From Octopus bimaculoides (taxonomy: Eukaryota), in assembly GCF_001194135.2 (NCBI RefSeq), contig NC_068981.1, positions 106,153,047-106,217,046 of the forward strand: 64,000 nt of DNA, written 5' to 3'. Shown piece by piece: positions 53,701 through 64,000 of this stretch; position 1 is the stretch's first letter; each line of letters starts with the position of its first letter. A model generated the notes under the pieces. The model was not told the DNA's origin and did not search any database. It saw only the letters and a program-made list of their open reading frames with translations. Both the position numbers and the translations under genes were made by a program.

Positions 53701-56700
53701 TGCAAACAATGCTGCAATCATACTTTTGAATTCAGTTTCAATGTATTTGACTTTGATTGTTGAATATGTACACAGCACTAAATATTCTGGATTATGTAAA
53801 AAAAGAAAAACAAAAAAAACTATGATTAGGTGTATTTGTTTACTTTGTCTTAACATCAATGATACTGGATTTTAGGAAAATTCTTATTTCTATGTTATTT
53901 ATGTTGTTTGGCTTTTAAATGATAATTAGTGACTCACCATTAGCTATCTTAACTACTCGGTTAAGTATGCTAAAAGAGTAAACCCTAACTTAGTACCCTT
54001 AAAATTTTGTCACAACACAAATTTTAATAAATATGACCGTTTTTTTTCATGTGTGCATCAAATATGGCTGAAGCGGACATGATTAGCGAAAATAATTGGA
54101 ACTGAGAATATAGTGAAGATTTTAGAAGAATATGATTGGTTTCACTTCCAGTTTATTGGAACAATATTTTCAAAACAACTTGTGAATAATGAAAAATGGT
54201 GTCAACATACTTCAGAGTATGGAAGTGAAATTGAAGAAAACAAGGTTATGGGGGATCCTTCTTGGAACACTTACAAATATCCATGGCTTTAGAATTTCAA
54301 AGAATTATAGGGCCTATGCTCTTTGAAGCATTGATCCTGATTCGTGAGTATGCATCAAGTGCAATCCACTGATGTGCTCTTAATGTTTTAAGTAGTAATG
54401 CATTGAGGTAAACTGTTACACTAACTACATCTTATGACATTAGCAACTTTTTTTTTTTAATTGTGTGTTTGTGTGTGTGACTGGTACACTTATGGTTGAT
54501 TTCAGTCGTAAGAATTTTTACGGAATATTTTAAAAAGGGCTTGGTCTCTTCAGCATTAGGATATTTGAATGATAAGTTCATTCATGATTTGGCTATTGGA
54601 AAAAAGTTTTTTTATACAAAAAAAAAAAAAATGGTTTGGTAGTTAACAAAGTTTGTATGAAGAACTACAATTAATAAATATAACCACGATTGTTTTTCTA
54701 CTCAAGTGTGAAGCCATATTATGTAAGTAATCTTTATTGTATACTTACACCATTTTATACATCTTCATGCTGTATGGCTCATTGGATGATATTTCCATTT
54801 TAACAAGTGGTTTACAAACAATGTTTTTCATAGTTGAGAACATACCTCAAATATTTTCATGGGCAGTTTAGTTTCTTCACTATTTTTCCTTTCAGGACAA
54901 CCCTGAGCCTTCACGGTGTCTTGGTGTTTTTGGTCTCAGTTTGTATACACAAGAAAGAGATCTCAGAGAGGTTTTTACTCGATATGGTCCAGTCGAAGAT
55001 GTTCAGGTTGTCTATGACAGACAGGTATTATTTTATATTTTTCTCTTCACTAGTTTATGATAGGAAAATACAATCTGACATTATGTGGTTAAGTCAAAAA
55101 TTATACACTAATTTATTTGAACAAAAATGGGTTAAACAGTTACATAATTTTTCAACATAGGCTCCTTGTTTTTCGATGCTTGCTTATTCCATTGAAGAAG
55201 GTTTTCAGCTGGTTGCACCACTTGTCCAGTCATTTTAAAATTTCCTAATTCACTCTTACACACTTCTGCATGTTAGAGCTCTGTTTTCATATTGTACTGA
55301 AAACCTGTGATGAATTTCAGCATGTCAACATCTTCATACAAGAGAAAATCAGATCACTGATCTCTGTTTTTCCTTGGTGCACATGCCCAGCAGAGTGGCC
55401 ATGCTTACTCTGCAATACAAGTAAGAATACAAAGCAATTGCAGTCAAATTTTGGTTAGATAACCACAAGAGTACTATCTTTTAGTTTGTAGGTACGGAAG
55501 GTATTGTGGCTGACATAAAAGTTTTGGCAGAAATGCGGATAATTTTTTACCTTCCCTAGTATGTTTTTTATTGTAAATTGTAAAATACAATAGTTCTTTT
55601 GCAACTGGGTTCATATTTAAGTTTTTTGTTTGTATATTTCTAGCTAAAATACATTTCCAGTTTGTATAAATTAAAAGTCTAGATTCAGCTTAAAATTCTG
55701 AGAACAATGTTGAACATGAAATATACTAGGAAACTGGAGGGTGCAAATGTGACTGTATACATAGCTGAAACACTAACAATGTAGGTGAAGACACTAGTCC
55801 AGGTGTATCGGTGGATGAAAATAATTCATTTCAGAAGGAATTTAAAAAAGAATTTTGTAAAGTTTTCCCCTCTACATTATGCAATCTTGCTAAACATGTT
55901 AGATTGTTGTTTCAATTCACTGATATACAACATTCTTGACACTTTTTGATTATTGTTTGACAGAATTGTTATTATTGGGGAAATGCTTTCATTTGTTCTT
56001 TTACATTCTCAGTTCAAATCTCTTGGGTGTCAACTTTGTGACTATTTGTAATTAACACCTTCCACTCGAAAATTGCAGACCTTATGCCTGAATTAGAAAC
56101 TATTATTACAAGTGACTTAGTAAAATCATTAGGGTTGGAAAATATCCCTTACAGTATTTTCTCTGACACTTGCTTAGCTCACCTTGGCCTTTCAATCCTT
56201 TGGTGTTGATAAAATAAAGTGCCAGTCAGGTACTGTGGTCAGTACTAGTCCTTCTACTTAAGATTGCTGGCTTTTGAGTATTTTCATTATTATAACAGCT
56301 AAAATGAGATGGGTATCCTTGCTCTCGACTGTGTTGTATCTGCTTGGAATTAGATGGTCACATTGATTTTAGCCCTTCACAATTTGGTGTTTTAAAAAAA
56401 AGATTGCATTATAGATATTTACTATGTGCAAACCAGATACTGCTGCCCCTTAATGCCTGGCCTGCTATATCTGGTGTAACTTTCACTGAACTTACTCTAG
56501 ATAAACATTAAAACTCCAGTAATATCTTACCACCCTTGTGTTGTATACTATTTTGCGGGCTTACCTGATGTAGATAAAGGTATGTCAAGCCTTTATCAAT
56601 CAAAAATCTTTTTAGTTGGTAGTAGGACTTGGCATTATAGTGTTCACTATCATGCTATTGGTGTTTTGTTCATAGAAATACTGATCCAACTTCAAAAACC

Positions 56701-59700
56701 ATGTTAAGATTGTGATCTTGGATGTTGCCATATGGAATGAATTATTTGCAAATAGAAATGCCCTTTCTGGTATTTACAGTATGATAATTCAATCTGTCTA
56801 TATTCACGTAATGCATTACTTTTCACTCTTGTAGAATATTTGAATTGGAATTAAAGTGAGTCAGATGCAGTTTTATTATATACTGTTGGAAATTGAAACT
56901 GTCTGCAGTCCACCATGTGTTACCCTGGATACATTTTTGTTTTTATTTGCTGCATTGACAATTATTTCCATTCAGTCTCTAATGCTAAATCATAAATTTA
57001 AAATGGTCAGATAGAGACAGTCTGAACATGAAATTTAGATGTTGAAAAAGATGTAGTTGTTTCACTTTGTAGAATCAGTAATGCACTAATGCAGGCGCTT
57101 TGATCTTGAACATGGGCAGGAAATAAAGTATTAAAATGTCTGAGATGGAGCAGTTCTAGTTTTACTAAAGAAAAAAAAGTCAATGCATTTTGATTCATTC
57201 AAATTTTTTAAATGAAACCTTTATTAAGCTAGAAATTTTGTGTGCGTGCTTGCATGCACAATGAATGATGTCTGAAATGATTTTAAGAATCTTATGTATT
57301 CATTTTTCTTGTAGTCTGGCAGATCACGAGGCTTTGCCTTTGTGTATTTTAGAGCTACACACAATGCCATGGAGGTAAGTCATAATTCATGAATTCTGGA
57401 TAATCAAAACCAGTTAGCAGTTTATTCTAAAAATTTCATTTGGTATTGGCTAATATATTGCTGTAATTTTATAACTTTCACATGACTAGCTTGATTTATA
57501 CATTTTTGACTGATATGTGACCTGTAGATCATGTGATGATTCTCATATCTACAATTAATTTTTCAGTTGAGGATAGTTATGGAGACTGTTTACTTCTAGC
57601 ATGTTTAAATGCATTTACTTTCTGTTTATACTTTAGGTGTATCCATGTTAATTGTTAAAAGCTCCTATACAATAGGCTCATACTTAGGTATTTTTTTGTT
57701 TTTTATTTCAGGCGAAAGATAGGTGCAACGGAATAGAAGTTGATGGTCGAAGAATAAGAGTTGACTATTCCATTACAGAAAGAGCTCATACTCCAACACC
57801 TGGTATTTACTTAGGGAAACCAACTTCGTAAGTACCTTTTTACACCTAAACCTTTAATACATTGTTTTGCTTGATTTTTCAGTATTAGTTTTACAAGTTT
57901 GTTTTTATGTTGCTTCACTTGGTTCAAATTTAATGTTTCAGAGAAGGCAGAGGTAAACGTTCTCCATCTCCTTACTATCGACGCAGTGGAAGTCGTTACT
58001 CTCGGTCCCGTTCCAGATCATTTTCTCCCCGTAAGTTTTGTTTTCCTTAAATTCGCATGACAACTCCACTTGAATGTTCCATATGGAAATACTTTTGGAA
58101 ATGCTTATCAATGTGAAGTATGATAGACCCGTTATTTTAAACTCTATTGTTACCATATAAGCTTTAACTTGATGTGCTACGGTATTCTTGTATAGGCTTG
58201 ATTTTACTATTACTAACCCTTATTTAGTTTTTTGGATTAAAACTGCAAAAGTCATTTTACAATTTGTCACCTAAGTACTATATTAGAATTTTTATGCAAT
58301 GTAATTGTTCGGTCCAATAATTTGGTATATGAAAAGACATGCTGTTCAGTAAAGTGAAAGCTAAATGTTTGGATGAGTGAAATTTTGCCACATTTTAAAA
58401 TATATACTGTTAGTAAAAGTGACATCTGAACATTTAGAACTTGACAAATTGAAGTATATGAGCTCTCTGGCTTAATATCTCAATTATATATTAAAAACAA
58501 AAAAAGTTTTATATGAAATACGTTCAGTTTTGGCACATCATAGTCAGTAACCATTATGTTCGCAGTTTTAACATAGCTTTTTGTTTTCTAAGCTTGGTAA
58601 TGCTCGATATATTTTAAAAGCATTGATATTAAACTTGGCAGCTGCATTTTGGTAACAAAAGGGTTTTTAATAAATTTTGTTTGGGTTTCTAATGATTAAA
58701 GCTTATATTTTAGATGTCAAGATCACTAAATAAATCCTGTGTAGACAACATGAAAGATTCAGTGTTATGTGTATATTTATCAATGTACAAGGTTTTGCAA
58801 AGAGTGGAGGTTTCGGTTTCTATGCAAGTAGATTTTAAAATCTTCTATAGGCTGTTTTAGTTTGGCTGTTTAGATTTGGACAAATTGAATTAAATCTTTC
58901 ATTCTTTGATACCCCATATTGTAAGGTTGCTCTTCATGTGTGTGGCTGGAAGCATACCTGATTTTTCTATCCCACTGTCCCTTCATAAATGGACTGTTTT
59001 TTCTTAGTGATAGAGCTTACATATGCAGTGTCTAAGAGAGGTCATAATGTTCTGTGTACAAGATGTACTGCCGGTGTTCAATGCATGCCAATAATTTGAA
59101 ATCCACAGTCTAATCCATAATACTGAAAATTTGAGGATTTGTTGTACGAGTCATCTGTGCTCCAATAAGTTTGTTCTCCTGAGCACCTTCCAAATGCCTA
59201 TTACGTATATTTAAAAAAGAAAAAAAGAAACCCTGAATCTCATCAAGGTGTGTTAGAGGACATAATCTCCTAATTAAGTTCCTACAGTTTGGAACATTTC
59301 AGTCGCAAAAATTGAGGGAAATAATTGATTTATATGAAAACTATCATATACATTTTATCCAAATCAACAATACTTCTAAGAAGTCTATCTTAGGCTGCAT
59401 ATATTTGAAAAGCATCAGAAAGACTGGGTTTGGTTTCTACTGAAAAATTCAGAAAAAGATAATTGGAAAATGAAATAAAGCATTTATGCTTGTTAGAATT
59501 TTTCATTGCTATTCTTCCGATTTGTAGTTGCTGGGATCTTTTGTTTCATTTCTAAAAAGACAAAAATATCCCTTGAAATTCAGAGAGCATAAATTTGTCA
59601 TGGAAATGTTGTATAAAGTCACTTCCACTCATATAAAATTTAAATATAAGTAGGTAATTATGTTATATAGCAAATTAAATGAAAGGAGTAATCAAAAGTA

Positions 59701-61235
59701 CTTGTCGACAGCTTTCATATTATCACATGCATTTTCTTGTGCAGTTGTCAAAACCAATATTCTTTGCCTATCTAATCAAGATACATTTTTTTGTGTAATT
59801 TATGATTTACCTGTGCTCATAATTTTTTTTATTTTTATTCTGCTGCTCAGCTTTGTTTTTTGTACTAACCCATTAGCATTTAAACCAGCTAGATCTGGCC
59901 TTTCACACATACTTTACAATGTCATTTTTAAAATAATCAAATCAAAATCTCAAAGCTATGAGATAGTGCATTATCAATTCAAAACAATGTGAATAAACAA
60001 GCATTGCATTTGACAAAGTAATCTGAATGCTAAAGGGCTAATTGACCTTGTGCAAAGGCTGAATTTTGGTTTCTTAATCTAATAAAATTTGCAAAAGTGC
60101 AACTGCTGAGAATGATCCTAGTCTTTTTTTTCATCTCTATCTTTCTGGGTTTTGCTAATGTATGAATAAACAGTAAAGCCCAATTAAAAGCACTTATTAA
60201 CTGTAGGATAATTTTTCTTCACCCCAACATTTAGACCTTGTATTCAAATTTGTCGTGATTTAAAACTAATTTTTAATATTTAGATGAATTCAGTTTCTTC
60301 ACTCATTAGAAATATCAGTATTAAAAATATTCATGAAGGTAAAATGATTGTAATTATATATATCTGCAGTTACAAAGTGGAAAATTTTCTTATACTCTGC
60401 TTACTAACAATTTTGTTGGATCTTCATTTTCAGCTTATCTATTTAAATTAGTGGTTCTCAACTGGGCTCCATATAAGATTTTGTTTAAATTTATGTGCAA
60501 TAAAATTGGTTATAACTTCTACAATACACAAAAAATTTTAACTAAATACAATTTGTAATATATCCAATTGTGAAAATATAAATAGGATTTTATTTAAGCA
60601 TTTAATCACTATGGGGTCCATAGACAAAAAGTGGTTGAGAAACACTGATTTAAGTGGTCAACATTTTACTTAAAAAGCACCTAAGTGTAATTGTTACACA
60701 TGTTTGAATGTTATCTAAATATTTCTTGCAGGTCTATCTTACTGATTTAGATCCAAAATATTTGTTTTGATCTGCATGTAAATAGTGCCTTGCTTTTCTT
60801 GTCCTTTTTTTGTGTAAATAATTTGCATTAAATTATATATTCTACTAAAGAGGTCTAGGTTTTTGATACTTTCTAGAGTTTTCAAAATGTGCAATTAACT
60901 ATCCATTAAAAACAGGCATTCCCTTTCTAGCTTAAGGAATTGCATGTTTTTTTTTATTTTAATCAGTCGGTTATTTTTTCCTAAATGTAAAGAAAAATGC
61001 TTCCATCAGTATGTGCAGAAATCCATTGTGATTTACTGAAGTTCCAAACTAAAGCACTTTATAAAATTCTTTTCTAATGTTATTTTAGAAATTCAGTACA
61101 TTTTACTAAATATGTAATTGGCTTTAATTCCATTATGTAAAATTTTATCCCAGCCTGTCCATCTCCTTCTGTTATGTTGCTTCAGTGTTATTACATGATT
61201 CTCTTTGTTTCCCTTTTTCCTCAGGTCACTATTGA
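44958..61235 (+). CDS. tra2: Transformer-2 (TRA2A/TRA2B-like) SR-family splicing regulator; spliced CDS join(44958..44978,50158..50399,51525..51596,[exon presumed in gap 52763-53526],54896..55024,57315..57374,57712..57827,57942..58030,61225..61235)
   Basis: Manual splicing gives MSDKENE-RS1 domain ... [137 protein letters not shown]2 (LGVFGL), RNP1 (RGFAFVYF), the Tra2-specific linker HTPTPG and the RRSPSPYY-like motif closely match vertebrate TRA2B. All visible introns are GT-AG. Confidence 0.96.
48019..49700. mobile_element. ~1.7-kb non-coding element bounded by long degenerate inverted repeats, in tra2 intron 1
   Basis: 48019-48245 is the reverse complement of blocks within 49400-49700 (TTGGTTAATGTTTACAAGTACACCG; AATTAATTTCAAATTTTCT...GGAAACTCCAAAATTGATTCATACACC; CCCCATCCCGCT). 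Confidence 0.8.
48282..48337. repeat. Perfect 28-bp tandem duplication
   Basis: TACACCGAAATATGTTTTACGTACCTGT x2. Confidence 0.92.
50158..50399 (+). CDS. tra2: tra2 coding exon 2, RS1 domain
   Basis: Long T tract + TACAG acceptor (AG 50156-57); [15 protein letters not shown]...[35 protein letters not shown]; donor AG|GTAAAT at 50400, phase 2. Confidence 0.93.
51120..51400 (-). mobile_element. LINE 3' tail in tra2 intron 2
   Basis: Homology to the 19590/31010 family (GGCATGGTTTCTATGGCTGGATGCC). Confidence 0.7.
51525..51596 (+). CDS. tra2: tra2 coding exon 3, RS1 continuation (72 nt, phase 2-2)
   Basis: ctttttgtaatag acceptor; (R)[23 protein letters not shown]; donor TA|GTAAGT at 51597. Confidence 0.88.
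51607..51866. mobile_element. TTAA-type (piggyBac-like) MITE
   Basis: Begins TTAA-CCCTTT; ends in degenerate ATGGG-TTAT; no coding. Confidence 0.5.
51895..52762 (-). pseudogene. piggyBac (PGBD4-like) transposase remnant, antisense in tra2 intron 3
   Basis: Minus-strand translation across frameshifts and stops: SESEFEGFS... [24 protein letters not shown]...[33 protein letters not shown]...[13 protein letters not shown]...[46 protein letters not shown]. Confidence 0.88.
52763..53526. other. Assembly gap presumed to contain the missing tra2 exon (SPMS..RRRH-type) and the piggyBac 5' end
   Basis: Exon 3 ends phase 2 (TA) and RRM exon A begins phase 0; no suitable RS/SPMS exon was found in the sequenced parts of 51597-54895. 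Confidence 0.65.
54896..55024 (+). CDS. tra2: tra2 RRM exon A (RNP2)
   Basis: tatttttcctttcag acceptor; [43 protein letters not shown]; donor CAG|GTATTA. This frame is not in the supplied ORF track. Confidence 0.96.
55960..56290 (+). mobile_element. Two decayed SINE pieces in the tra2 RRM intron
   Basis: TTCTCAGTTCAAATC...CAACTTTG; CTTTCAATCCTTTGGTGTTGATAAAATAAAGTGCCAG. Confidence 0.55.
57315..57374 (+). CDS. tra2: tra2 RRM exon B (RNP1)
   Basis: tttttcttgtag acceptor; [20 protein letters not shown]; donor GAG|GTAAGT. Confidence 0.96.
57712..57827 (+). CDS. tra2: tra2 RRM exon C and Tra2 linker
   Basis: ttttatttcag acceptor; [38 protein letters not shown]; donor TC|GTAAGT, phase 2. Confidence 0.96.
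57942..58030 (+). CDS. tra2: tra2 RS2 exon
   Basis: taatgtttcag acceptor; (S)[29 protein letters not shown]; donor C|GTAAGT, phase 1. Confidence 0.94.
59865..60041. mobile_element. piggyBac-like MITE copy
   Basis: CTAA-CCCATT ... AAAGGG-CTAA; internal homology to 33879-34125. Confidence 0.65.
60449..60647. mobile_element. hAT-type MITE with 8-bp TSD
   Basis: TIRs TAGTGGTTCTCAAC / GTTGAGAAACACTG; flanks ATTTAAAT and ATTTAAGT. Confidence 0.8.
60732..60745 (+). other. Candidate alternative tra2 terminal exon ((R)LSY*)
   Basis: ctaaatatttcttgcag acceptor; C|GT CTA TCT TAC TGA; ATTAAA about 80 nt downstream. No transcript evidence. Confidence 0.4.
61225..61235 (+). CDS. tra2: tra2 terminal coding exon ((R)HY*)
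   Basis: Strong acceptor ctctttgtttccctttttcctcag; C|GT CAC TAT TGA gives SPRHY*, matching TRA2B SPRRY*. Confidence 0.85.
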
Positions 61236-61281
61236 GATGTTTTGTCCTATGCGATGAGCCTACAGTAAAAAGCAGCTCTTC

Positions 61282-61287
61282 AATAAA
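61282..61287 (+). terminator. Candidate polyadenylation signal AATAAA (second at 61465-61470)
   Basis: AATAAA hexamers about 50 and 230 nt after the tra2 stop; the second is followed by a T/GT-rich tract. Confidence 0.4.
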
Positions 61288-61609
61288 TGTACATAATTAT
61301 GGTGTAGTCAATATTTGTGCCTGTGAGGAAATTCCGAATAATTCTAAGGCAGAAATGCATCTTCCACAATTTATCATATCTTTCCCTCTATAGCCAGAAC
61401 CAAATATGTAGCTGTAGTTCTTTTTTGTGCTGTCTATTTCCCTGCTATACTGTTAACAACTTTCAATAAAGATCAATGGGAGTGTCTTAATCTATAGCAT
61501 TTTTTGTTGTTTTATGAAGCCAGGATCAAATGAAGAGTAAAAAAAAAAAGTAGACTGCAGAATTTTTGTCCCCAAAAATTAATGTTACTTATTCTTGTAT
61601 TGTATAAAG

Positions 61610-61893
61610 GTTATGAAGAAAGAAATGAAATGGGCTGGTGAAGAAAGAACTCTGAAATCAGGGGATTGAACGAGAAGAAAGAATGAACTGTGAAGAAAAA
61701 TCTGAATAGGCTGAATGAAAATCATGGAAGCTAAGAAAAATGAGAAAAATAATTTATAAAATAATAAAAAAAATATGAAGATAATGAGTTGGTGAATTAA
61801 GAAGTGGGAATGAGAAAATGGGTTTGATATGCCAAGATAGAAGTCTTTAGCTGTGTAAAGAAGCCAGAAGATCGCTTGGAATCGAGCAGATGG
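61610..61893 (+). other. Candidate AGAA-rich regulated (poison) exon of tra2
   Basis: Weak acceptor ttacttattcttgtattgtataaag; C|GT TAT GAA GAA AGA AAT GAA ATG GGC TGG TGA (stop 61639-41); about 30 GAA and about 15 AGAA by hand count; donor TGG|GTAACA at 61894. Confidence 0.5.
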
Positions 61894-63285
61894 GTAACAT
61901 TTTTATTCCAATTTTGATTTAGCTGACTGCTGACTATTTTAGACTGAACTGACATAGGATATTCTTGCTTGTCTTGTTTTGTTAAAACACAAGTTGCTAA
62001 TTTCTAAATTTAGGCTTTTAGTTGAACATTATAATGTTATATCACCTTCATTTAAAAAAAAATTTCTGGGGTCTTTATCAGATGTAAGTTACATTGCGGT
62101 ATGTATGGTGGTACCATTTCTGTAAATTTAAAAACATTCCCATTCTTTTAACTTATCGGTTCTTAATTCAAATATTGTAGATATGGGCACTTTTTTGACG
62201 CTTTTCAAGTTCACTGAAATTTTCTCCATTTTTTTTTTTTCAAACCTCATAGTTCTTTTAAGCTAAGAAAACCTGTGGTTTTGCTGTTTAGCAAGACTGT
62301 GTAATACTTTCTGGTTTTAATAAACTTATTAAAAGGATCTGGTGGTTATTATTCACACCAATTTGACATTGACACTTGCAAAATTAGATTGACCAAATTG
62401 GAAACAGTTGATCTATTAGTATTCCCTGCTCTAGTAAAATTTCGACTGGATCCTTAGTTAAGAAGAGAAAACGTTAGGTTCTATAGGTTTTGTTCTTTGC
62501 GGTATGGATTTACCTCCCATTACAGAGAATTATAGTGGAAATGGGTGTGTGCCTTACATGAAATGGAATATAATAGATGAGTGAACTTAGCAATATTGCT
62601 TGAAATGAAAGTGATGCATCCTAAGGTGAAAACTTTCTTACTGTAATAGCACTGAAACTTCAATTCTTTTTTTTTTTGTTTAAATTTCTGCTTTTATATG
62701 GTTACTTGTTTGCTTGTTTAGGGCAAGACTGTTTTCCTTTCATAATTTGTCAAACATTATACATTAAAGATAAAGATAATAACCATCTAAAATTAAGGTA
62801 ATTTGTTGCCTTATATTTAGTCATTTCTTCATTACAAAAGACAAAATCTAACTTTAGATTTGAGCACATTACATTTTCTATTTCAATCTAAAATTTTACT
62901 CCCACAATAACTTCAGCTCAAAATTTAACTCAGTAAGAGCCAAGACAATTTTTTTTATCACATTCGAATTATATTGCCTGTGATCTTTTTGCAGCAGCAA
63001 GTAAGAAACTTAATGATGAAGAACTATTTGTTAACGAAGACCCATCACTATTGTTGCCACTCCTTAGAGCTGTCTTTCTCCTTGTGAACAGAACATCACC
63101 TCATTACATTACATATCACGACACTTTGGATACAAAGCTGACTGTTATGTTAAGAATGAAGGAGATGGCAGTACTTAATTTACATACTCTAATGAAGCTT
63201 ATCAAAGAAGTACATAAATTTTTGAATGGGGCAAATTCTACATAGAAGTGAAAATTGGTCAGTATAAATATGAAATTTCTGTTTA

Positions 63286-63328
<43 letters not shown>

Positions 63329-64000
63329 TATATATATATATACCAAGTTCTTTGATTAACTCTAAATCTTGGCAATCTAGATATAAAATAGGTTGTTTGC
63401 TGAATGTTGACTTGACTCAACTAAATTTGAGATTGATAGTTGATATTTATTATCTTGAGTTACACTAATCTGCTGGAAACTTATATTGTTTGCTTTGAAA
63501 TGGATTTGTTAGAAGCAATGTCTTTTAACTTGGAGGTTCATACTTCAAACTCCTCCGCTAGAAAGCTTACCATAAAATACTGAAGTTGGCTGAAAAGTTT
63601 GCACTTTTGAAAGTTTAAATTGAAATTACTGTCCTGCTGAATATTTCTCATGTGGAAAATGTACAATGTCATTGAAGAAGATTTGGCTTTGATAGGAAAA
63701 TCTATTTGAAAATTAACAATCAAATTTAAGAAAGAAGGTAAGTAGTGGTGTTTCTCTGCATCATGCAGTGTATACTATAGTGGTCATTTTGGATTCTAAG
63801 TTACAACAGTTATTTAAAAATTAATGTTGTAAGTTCAAGTATTCAGTAACCATATATTAGACACAGCTTTGTAAGCTTTATTATAAATTGAAATGTTCTG
63901 TATTGTGTGTGAAGTTTCAAATGGCCTAAAGTGATTTGTTGTCAAATCTTTCAATTGTATGTGCAAATAGAATTCATTTCCATTGATTGCTTAATGTTTT

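Noticed and set aside
54064-54290. GAA-rich, ATG-initiated frame in tra2 intron 3 as the missing exon
   Set aside because: In-frame TGA, no RS/SPMS content, no good acceptor; probably a TE fragment.
54834-55160. 108-aa ORF over RRM exon A
   Set aside because: Wrong frame; the real exon is 54896-55024 in another frame.

Overview
Eukaryotic, AT-rich, repeat-dense draft-assembly DNA with N-gaps at 987-1470, 2681-2823, 6098-6562, 8581-8631, 13132-13506, 48459-48468 and 52763-53526. The SINE/LINE repertoire and microsatellite load suggest a cephalopod, probably Octopus (inference). One host gene is clearly recognisable: a + strand transformer-2 (tra2/TRA2B-like) SR splicing regulator, ATG 44958 to TGA 61235. 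Eight coding exons are visible (RS1 - RRM - RS2); a ninth, needed for frame, is not visible and most likely lies in the gap at 52763-53526. Positions 1-43000 are mostly decayed mobile DNA: RTE-type LINE pieces with a PHD-like finger, tRNA-derived SINEs, Helitrons, Tc1, mariner, a DD37D maT element and MITEs. A piggyBac transposase pseudogene sits antisense in tra2 intron 3. The most interesting signal is at the 3' end of tra2: three competing acceptors (60732, 61225, 61610) all keep frame with the penultimate exon. The distal one has a weak acceptor, opens a 284-nt AGAA/GAA-saturated segment with an early stop, and is followed by a 5' splice site. This fits a candidate Tra2-autoregulated poison (NMD) exon at the 3' end of the gene rather than in intron 1 as in vertebrates. 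All exon calls are by hand from splice signals and remembered homology, without transcript data; repeat boundaries are approximate.
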